Source: a bacterium
Lineage (GTDB): Bacteria > Ratteibacteria > UBA8468 > B48-G9 > DTJG01
Assembly (NCBI GenBank): GCA_029552985.1
Contig: JAKPDB010000176.1
Location: 798 to 64,797 of the forward strand
DNA length: 64,000 nt
Direction of reading: 5' to 3'
Shown piece by piece: positions 58,043 through 64,000 of the stretch; positions within the stretch are counted from its first letter, which is position 1; each line of letters starts with the position of its first letter. A program made the position numbers and the translations under genes. The notes beneath the pieces were generated by a model. The model was not told the origin of the DNA. It did no database searches and saw only the letters and a list, made by a program, of their open reading frames with translations.

Positions 58043-59299
58043 ATGAATATAAAAAAGAGAAAAATCCTTTATATTACATATCATTTTCCACCGTCGAAAA
58101 AGATCGGAGCCATCCGCGCCCGTGGTTTTGCTAAATATCTTCCTGCATTTGGATGGGATGTAATTATCCTTACTGCTCTTCTTCCTGATAATCCGGATTG
58201 CCTTTTTAACATTGTTGAAACCCATCCGCCTTACCAAAAATTTCTTCCCTATATTTTCAACCCTGACCTACGAGAAAGATTAAAATTTATGAAAGGTCCA
58301 TTCCCGAATTTTTTTGAAAGAATTTACTCGTTTTTCAGAGGGATGATAGATATACCCGACAGTAGAATTGGATGGCTTCCTTTTGCAGTATCAGTGGGTA
58401 AAGAAATAATGAAAAAAGAAAGACCCCAGGCAATTGTGAGTAATTTTGGCCCGGCAACCTGTCATATTATCGCATCGCATTTAAAAAAACTTAATCCAAA
58501 TATATTTTGGCTTGCTGATTTTAGGGACCCATGGACACAATTCAGACCAGACTCTTTTAGAACTTTCATTGAACGCCATCTTGAGTATCAAACCCTTCAA
58601 GTCGCTGATGCGTTTTCCATCGTTTCGGATTACCTTGCAAACGCACTTCAAAAGGAATTCCCCAATAAACCCGTATACGTAATCCCAAATGGGTTTGATC
58701 CTGACGAAATTTCGCCTTTTACCAATCCAGTCACAGAGAAATTTATCATAACTCACACAGGGTCATTACATCCTGTATATAGAAGTCCCGAAAACTTTTT
58801 TAAAGCTTTAGCCAATCTTATTTGTTCAAACCGCATTAATAAAAAGGATTTTTTGATCCAGTTTTACGGGGACAAACAAAACTGGGTTATTGACCTAGCA
58901 AAGAAGTTTGACATATCCGATATTGTTAGATACGAGGGTTTCAAAAATCGCGAGGAAATACTTAATCACCAGAGAACAAGTCAAATTCTTCTCCTTTTCT
59001 GGCGTAGTGGTAAAGGTGAAGAAGGTACCCTGACCGGCAAAGTTTTTGAATATCTTGCCGCGCGAAGACCAATTCTTTCGATAGGTAAAAGAGCTACGGA
59101 ATTGGTAAATTTATTATACAAAACAAATGCTGGGATCCATTGTAATAATATCGATGAAATGGAAAAATTTTTGCATGCTGCTTATTCTCAATGGCAATTA
59201 CATGGTTTTGTAAAATACATGGGAATTGAAAATGAAATAACAAAGTACAGCCATTTGGAAATGGCAAGGAAATTTTCTGAAATTTTGAATAATGTTTAA
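58043..59299 (+). CDS. glycosyltransferase family 4-like (GT-B), 418 aa
   Basis: KILYITYHFPPSKKIGAIRARGFAKYLPAFGWDVIILT N-lobe and a C-lobe with GKVFEYLAARRPIL. Confidence 0.75.
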   Translation: MNIKKRKILYITYHFPPSKKIGAIRARGFAKYLPAFGWDVIILTALLPDNPDCLFNIVETHPPYQKFLPYIFNPDLRERLKFMKGPFPNFFERIYSFFRGMIDIPDSRIGWLPFAVSVGKEIMKKERPQAIVSNFGPATCHIIASHLKKLNPNIFWLADFRDPWTQFRPDSFRTFIERHLEYQTLQVADAFSIVSDYLANALQKEFPNKPVYVIPNGFDPDEISPFTNPVTEKFIITHTGSLHPVYRSPENFFKALANLICSNRINKKDFLIQFYGDKQNWVIDLAKKFDISDIVRYEGFKNREEILNHQRTSQILLLFWRSGKGEEGTLTGKVFEYLAARRPILSIGKRATELVNLLYKTNAGIHCNNIDEMEKFLHAAYSQWQLHGFVKYMGIENEITKYSHLEMARKFSEILNNV

Positions 59300-60245
59300 T
59301 CTTAATGCTTCACTTAAAATTTTGTTAGAACCATTTAATCCAACAGAGGATGAAATAAGTGGTTTCGCCTCTCACATAAAATTTAACGGGTATACTGATT
59401 CTCATTACAAAATTAAAAAAGTACTGATTCCTGCATTGAAAGAACAACAGTACCTCAGGGTATTTAAAAAAATTGAAGGAATAAGGAGCCAGTTTAAGGA
59501 TTTTACTGGCAGAATACCCTTAATTTTTGATGACATGTATCTCGTACGAGTGGATGATTATCCTCACTGGTCCTGCAATATTGAGCAATTCACAAAATTT
59601 TTAGATATCATGGTTCAAAATGACATAACGTTTCTCCTGGGAGTGACTCCTATGTTAAGTTATGAGCGGCACAGTATTTCTAACGACAGATTTAGAACAC
59701 TTACTGAAAATGAGGTTAATTTGCTAAAAAAATATAAAAATGTCGAGATAGCACTGCACGGGCTGACACATCAAACAATTAGAAAAAAACCTTATTCGGA
59801 ATTTGTTGGTCTTTCAGAAACCCAAACCAAAGAGAAAATTATTGAGGGAATAAAGATTTTAAGTAGTTTCGGTCTTTATCCCTTGTCATTTATCGCTCCT
59901 TTTGACACATTTGACAAGACGAATTTTCAAGTTCTTTTACCATATTTTCAAATTATATGTGGTGGCTACCCGACAGCGTCGACATTTGGATTCTGGATCA
60001 CTCCCTGCGTTTTTAATGAAACTATTTACGTTGCCTCATATAAGCCATTTTCAGGAAGAATAAAAAATATATTAAATGCGGTCCTCAAAAAAGAAAACTA
60101 TTCAACCGTAATAGGTATAACATTACACTGGGCAGCAGAAGTTGAAGACAAATTTGCCAATCTTAAAAAACTTGCTGAACTTCTAAAGGGAAAAACTCTT
60201 TCGTGGCAAAAATTTTATCAGAAAGCAAAACATAACAATACCTAA
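59292..60245 (+). CDS. polysaccharide deacetylase-like protein (DUF2334-type)
   Basis: LVRVDDYPHW and ALHGLTHQ resemble the DUF2334/NodB-related metal-site motifs. Context is a polysaccharide locus. Confidence 0.5.
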   Translation: MFNLNASLKILLEPFNPTEDEISGFASHIKFNGYTDSHYKIKKVLIPALKEQQYLRVFKKIEGIRSQFKDFTGRIPLIFDDMYLVRVDDYPHWSCNIEQFTKFLDIMVQNDITFLLGVTPMLSYERHSISNDRFRTLTENEVNLLKKYKNVEIALHGLTHQTIRKKPYSEFVGLSETQTKEKIIEGIKILSSFGLYPLSFIAPFDTFDKTNFQVLLPYFQIICGGYPTASTFGFWITPCVFNETIYVASYKPFSGRIKNILNAVLKKENYSTVIGITLHWAAEVEDKFANLKKLAELLKGKTLSWQKFYQKAKHNNT

Positions 60246-61357
60246 TCGGCACAAAGGGATTTTTTGCATGCCTCAATGACTTCTTCCACTGTAATATCAA
60301 GCAGGCACTTTCTATTAAACGGGCAGGCAAGCTTCGCTTTCCTCGTTTTGCATGGGGAACACGGTAAATTTTTATAAAGTGCAATACTATTGTGACTCAA
60401 AGGTCCCCACTTTACAGGATTTTTCAGCCCATAGATACCAACGATTGGAGTGTTAACAAGTCCAGCAAAATGCACTCCACCACTTTCATTACTGATACAC
60501 AATTTGCTCTTTGAACAAAACAATGCCGCATAAACAGGATTTTTTCCAAATTCATCATTGATAAAAACTGGAATAACCGGCTGATGCTTCATTTTTCCCC
60601 TGACCTGCGCCAACAGTTTCTTTTCCTTTAAGCTTCCAAGCAACAAAATAGAATATCCCATTTCCACCAGAGCATCTGCTACTGCAGCAAACCTTTCAAA
60701 TGGCCAACACTTTACCTTTTCTGATGCACCAGGGAAAACAGAAACCCATCTGTTTGATTGAGAAATTATTGGTTTGACTTTATCTTCGTAATCTTCAGGG
60801 AACCTGATATCAACATACAACTTTATGTCAGATTTACCCAGAACTCTGCAAAGAGCCAATAGTTGAAATATATCATGAATGTTTTTCCTGCCTTTCTCGC
60901 TAAATTTCCAGTTGGAGAAGAAACACTTTGTTCCGTAACCAAGTCTGTATCGCACAGGTAAACAGGCGAGCAATAAATTAACAATAGAATATCTCTGGGT
61001 ATCAACCAAAAGGTCAACATGTTCTTTTAAACACAGATGAAATAATGAACACCATTTAAATAAAACCTCTCTTTTTTTTCGCATCCTCACTTCGTAGTAA
61101 ATATCAACGAATGGTAAAATCTCAGAAAGTTTTTCAAGGCCTTTCAATCTATGGCCCGCAAAAATTATTTTTGACTTCGGAAACATTTCTTTCAGTGCCT
61201 GGAAAAATGGCAAAGAAAGCATAAAGTCCCCATAATGGGATTCTCCTATAAAAACAAGTATACTTCTTACACGTTTTTGCAACGTAAGATACAGCGGATT
61301 TTTATAAAACCTTTCAAATCGTTCTGAAGGATAATCAACCGGTTGATAAAATTTCAT
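60242..61357 (-). CDS. glycosyltransferase family 9 (heptosyltransferase-like) 3
   Basis: GESHYGDFMLSLPFFQALK, SNESGGVHFAGLVNTPIVGIYG and CSPC...C motifs. The start could be 61357 (MKFYQ) or 61423; both overlap the upstream gene. Confidence 0.75.
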   Translation of the reverse strand: MKFYQPVDYPSERFERFYKNPLYLTLQKRVRSILVFIGESHYGDFMLSLPFFQALKEMFPKSKIIFAGHRLKGLEKLSEILPFVDIYYEVRMRKKREVLFKWCSLFHLCLKEHVDLLVDTQRYSIVNLLLACLPVRYRLGYGTKCFFSNWKFSEKGRKNIHDIFQLLALCRVLGKSDIKLYVDIRFPEDYEDKVKPIISQSNRWVSVFPGASEKVKCWPFERFAAVADALVEMGYSILLLGSLKEKKLLAQVRGKMKHQPVIPVFINDEFGKNPVYAALFCSKSKLCISNESGGVHFAGLVNTPIVGIYGLKNPVKWGPLSHNSIALYKNLPCSPCKTRKAKLACPFNRKCLLDITVEEVIEACKKSLCAD

Positions 61358-62384
61358 AGAAAACCTTTTCCAGTGTTTTTGCCTGTAAAGTATAATCAAA
61401 CTTTTGAATAGCAATGTTGCCATTTTTTGCCAATTTCACCCAGAATTCAGGATGAGTAATCAGATGTTCAACTGCCATCGTTAATTCTTCAATATCTCCT
61501 GGAGTACAAATGATTGCAGTTTCACGGTCCTTCGCAAAATCCCTTACACCGCCAATATCTGTTGTCACAACCGCACAACCACATGCCATTGCTTCCATTG
61601 GTGGATTTGGCCATGCATCTGCCAAACTCGGATAGAGGAAAATATCTGTCTTTCTATAAAACTGTAACATACCATTACTTGTTAGCCCGTCAATAAATTC
61701 AACAAAGGCAGGGATATTTCTTTGTTTTTTCAATCCAGCAACAAAAAACCGCAGATAAGGAAACTTCCCCTTGATTCTTTTCATCACCTCAAAACCTATA
61801 TCCACACCCTTATGCTGTGAATGTTCACCTTCATAAAAAACCATTCCAAGTGATACTGGTCTATCATAAGTCCTGTTTCCTGGAGAAAAAAATTCGCAAT
61901 TAACGCCATTACCCACCCTGTAAATTTTGTGTCCTGGATATAAAATTTTCAATTTCTCATATACTGTTGTGGACGACGGAACAAGAACGATATTCTCAGG
62001 AATTCTGATGGGGCTGTCAAATATATGAATATTGGAAACTCTCATCACTTTTTTTCCTTTTCCGGTACTCCAGTTAGAAACATCTCCTATAAGATTCGAT
62101 GAACGAAAAAAAGTAATATCTGCATCACGGATCCATTTTTCACTATATCTTGGTATAATCAATACAGGGACTTTACACTCCATCCAGTTCAGTGTAAATT
62201 TACGTCCTTTTAACAAAAAACCAATCATTTCCCTCAAAAAATATTCGCAACCCTTTTTGTTAGGATTATATGCTTTATAAATGACAATATCGTGATCTTT
62301 TGTTAAATTATTAAAAAACTCAATAATTGGTCTCAGCGCGCCACTTGGTTTTTTACCCAAATTTAACAGTACATTGATTTTCAT
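61335..62384 (-). CDS. glycosyltransferase family 4 (GT-B)
   Basis: HKGVDIGFE, and an EX7E-like C-lobe (WPNPPMEAMACGCAVVTTDIGG). Confidence 0.8.
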   Translation of the reverse strand: MKINVLLNLGKKPSGALRPIIEFFNNLTKDHDIVIYKAYNPNKKGCEYFLREMIGFLLKGRKFTLNWMECKVPVLIIPRYSEKWIRDADITFFRSSNLIGDVSNWSTGKGKKVMRVSNIHIFDSPIRIPENIVLVPSSTTVYEKLKILYPGHKIYRVGNGVNCEFFSPGNRTYDRPVSLGMVFYEGEHSQHKGVDIGFEVMKRIKGKFPYLRFFVAGLKKQRNIPAFVEFIDGLTSNGMLQFYRKTDIFLYPSLADAWPNPPMEAMACGCAVVTTDIGGVRDFAKDRETAIICTPGDIEELTMAVEHLITHPEFWVKLAKNGNIAIQKFDYTLQAKTLEKVFYEILSTG

Positions 62385-62437
62385 TGAAATATTTTACAAA
62401 ATAATATCACAGATTAACTGGAACTGAAAATATTTCT

Positions 62438-62466
62438 TTGACCAAAAAACTTTTTCCCTGTATAAT
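62438..62466 (+). promoter_or_regulatory. near-consensus sigma70-type promoter TTGACC-17-TATAAT upstream of gatC
   Basis: TTGACC at 62438-62443, a 17 nt spacer, then TATAAT at 62461-62466. GGAGG at 62473-62477 precedes the ATG at 62484. Confidence 0.5.
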
Positions 62467-62483
62467 GTTAATGGAGGTGTAAG

Positions 62484-62771
62484 ATGTCAGATATTGATAG
62501 AAAAACTGTGGAATATCTTACAAAACTTGCAAGAATAAAAATAGAAAATAGCGAAATGGAAAAAATTATTCTTGACCTTAAAAGTATACTGGATTATATT
62601 TCTCAACTCAACCAGTTGAATACGGAAAACATTGAACCTGCAAAACATGTTTTATCCTGCGCCAACGTTTGCAGAAAAGACAAATCCAGACCATCACTTC
62701 CTGTTGACAGTGTCATGAAAATTGCTCCAGAAAAAACAGGGAATCTTTTTAGGGTTCCAAAAATCATTTAA
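62484..62771 (+). CDS. gatC: Asp/Glu-tRNA(Asn/Gln) amidotransferase subunit C
   Basis: 95 aa; [44 protein letters not shown] is the classic GatC pattern. Confidence 0.9.
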   Translation: MSDIDRKTVEYLTKLARIKIENSEMEKIILDLKSILDYISQLNQLNTENIEPAKHVLSCANVCRKDKSRPSLPVDSVMKIAPEKTGNLFRVPKII

Positions 62772-62775
62772 GAAA

Positions 62776-63747
62776 ATGGAAAGAAAATATCTTGATTTTG
62801 AAAAACCACTTGAGGAAATAGAAAAACAGATACTCAGTCTTCAGGAAATAAAAAAAAGAAAGAATGTTGACAATCAGCTTCAAATCACCCAGCTCCAACA
62901 GCTTTTTCGTGAAAAAACAAAAGAAATTTACTCAAATCTTACTCCGTGGCAGAAAGTTCAAATTGCAAGACATCCACAGAGACCTCATACATTAGATTAT
63001 ATCTCTGGTCTGATTGAAAATTTTTACGAACTTCATGGTGACCGCATCTGTGGCGATGACCCTGCGATTATTGCTGGTATCGGAAAATTTAGAGGCCTTT
63101 CACTTGCTGTTATTGGCCACCAGAAAGGGAAAGACACTGAAGAAAATATCAGAAGAAACTTTGGTATGGCTCATCCAGAAGGGTATAGAAAAGCACTCAG
63201 AGTAATGAAAATTGCTGAAAAATTCTCATTTCCTATTATCACTCTGGTGGACACACCTGGCGCACATCCCCATATTGAAGCTGAAGAAAGAAATCAGGCG
63301 CTTGCAATTGCAAACAATCTTTATGAAATGTCAGGAATCACCACTCCAGTTATTGTTGTAATCATCGGAGAGGGTGGAAGCGGTGGTGCTCTCGGGATAG
63401 GAGTGGGTGATAAAATTTTAATGCTTGAATTTGCAATATACTCTGTGATATCACCAGAGGGTTGCGCTTCAATACTATGGAAAAACCAGAACGCAGTGGT
63501 GGAAGCATCTGAATCTTTGAAGCTCACTGCACCTGATTTATTGAATCTTGGATTAATAGATGAAATAGTTCCTGAACCTCAGGGTGGAGCACACTCACAA
63601 CCGCAGGAAATGATAAAAACCCTCGGTGATTACATAGAAAAAAACCTGAATGAATTGCATTCCGTGGATATCAAATTTCTAATGGAAAAACGATATCAAA
63701 AATATAGGAACATCGGTTTTTATAAAGAAAAACAGGAAATTATATGA
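62776..63747 (+). CDS. accA: acetyl-CoA carboxylase carboxyltransferase alpha subunit
   Basis: [19 protein letters not shown]..., IARHPQRPH and [16 protein letters not shown] motifs. The ATG at 62776 lies just after the gatC stop. Confidence 0.93.
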   Translation: MERKYLDFEKPLEEIEKQILSLQEIKKRKNVDNQLQITQLQQLFREKTKEIYSNLTPWQKVQIARHPQRPHTLDYISGLIENFYELHGDRICGDDPAIIAGIGKFRGLSLAVIGHQKGKDTEENIRRNFGMAHPEGYRKALRVMKIAEKFSFPIITLVDTPGAHPHIEAEERNQALAIANNLYEMSGITTPVIVVIIGEGGSGGALGIGVGDKILMLEFAIYSVISPEGCASILWKNQNAVVEASESLKLTAPDLLNLGLIDEIVPEPQGGAHSQPQEMIKTLGDYIEKNLNELHSVDIKFLMEKRYQKYRNIGFYKEKQEII

Positions 63748-64000
63748 ATCAAAAATTAAAACTTGCAATACCAAAGGGTAGTCTTCAGGAATCCACAATC
63801 AATCTTTTTATCAACGCTGGATTTGAAGTTTCAAGTATCAGCAGAAGTTATTATCTTTCCTTTGATGACAAGGAAATAGAAGCAATTTTAATAAGAGCCC
63901 AGGAAATTCCAAGATACGTGGAATTAGGAGTTTTTGACGCAGGCATATCAGGAAAGGACTGGATCCTTGAAAACAGAGCAGACATTATTGAAATATGCGA
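63744..64000 (+). CDS. hisG: ATP phosphoribosyltransferase, N-terminal part (runs off the window)
   Basis: My own translation gives [29 protein letters not shown]...[27 protein letters not shown]. It shares an ATGA overlap with the accA stop. It is absent from the ORF track because no stop lies in the window. Confidence 0.85.
   Translation, partial: MNQKLKLAIPKGSLQESTINLFINAGFEVSSISRSYYLSFDDKEIEAILIRAQEIPRYVELGVFDAGISGKDWILENRADIIEIC

Noticed and set aside
57499-58237. Small minus-strand ORFs 57499-57681, 57753-57992 and 57986-58237
   Set aside because: They cross the IS remnant, the promoter or the start of the GT4 gene. They lack ribosome-binding sites and have no recognisable motifs. The plus-strand transposase-remnant reading explains the region better.
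62385-62430. A third leaderless configuration for the minus-strand GT4 gene (TAAAAT 6 nt upstream of its ATG at 62384)
   Set aside because: A -10-like hexamer sits at the right distance, but no acceptable -35 or TGn extension accompanies it, and such hexamers are common by chance in AT-rich DNA.
1-64000. Search for rRNA, tRNA, CRISPR arrays, integrases, toxin-antitoxin pairs or known defence genes
   Set aside because: Intergenic space is minimal; the largest gaps are 14940-15096 and 57494-58042. No cloverleaf-like or repeat-spacer structure is visible, and every long ORF has a housekeeping or glycan-biosynthesis identity. This rests on visual inspection only; tRNAscan/cmscan/CRISPR finders were not run.

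Overview
This is a 64 kb stretch of a visibly AT-rich, very gene-dense bacterial chromosome. Composition was judged by eye, not computed. The organism is diderm: lptF/lptG, lpxK and several GT9 heptosyltransferase-like genes are present. All identifications come from reading motifs in the supplied translations; no searches were run. I call about 62 protein genes. Most are housekeeping: rpmB, recJ, glyA, glyS, purA, ilvBNC, recA, recX, alaS, apt, asd, leuABCD, folD, fhs, cca, hisHF, hisG, gatC and accA. Two envelope-polysaccharide regions are present. One lies at the left edge (1-3.4 kb). The other is a large LPS-core/O-antigen-like locus at 48.9-62.4 kb. I saw no rRNA, tRNA or CRISPR array, no intact mobile element, and no recognisable defence, toxin-antitoxin or secretion system. 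Genes are packed tightly, with many ATGA/4-17 nt overlaps and three convergent pairs whose stop codons abut or overlap. I found no convincing intrinsic terminators. Several near-perfect sigma70-type promoters (TTGACA-16/17-TATAAT) are visible, and two are positioned so that the transcript would begin at the ATG (leaderless). The most unusual items are:
- a glycosyltransferase gene interrupted exactly at an A7 tract (A_AAA_AAA followed by TAA);
- next to it, a decayed IS4-like transposase remnant followed by a consensus promoter;
- a 1350-aa secreted multidomain protein of unknown function, translationally coupled to a DUF192-like gene, apt and an alternative sigma factor;
- a stand-alone (archaeal-style) GMP synthase ATP-pyrophosphatase subunit;
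- an orphan LeuD-like small subunit plus isocitrate/homoisocitrate-type dehydrogenase pair, in addition to the canonical leuACDB operon;
- an endonuclease Q-like gene.
I cannot point to a clear-cut novel multi-gene system. The candidates above are flagged with the tests that would decide them.
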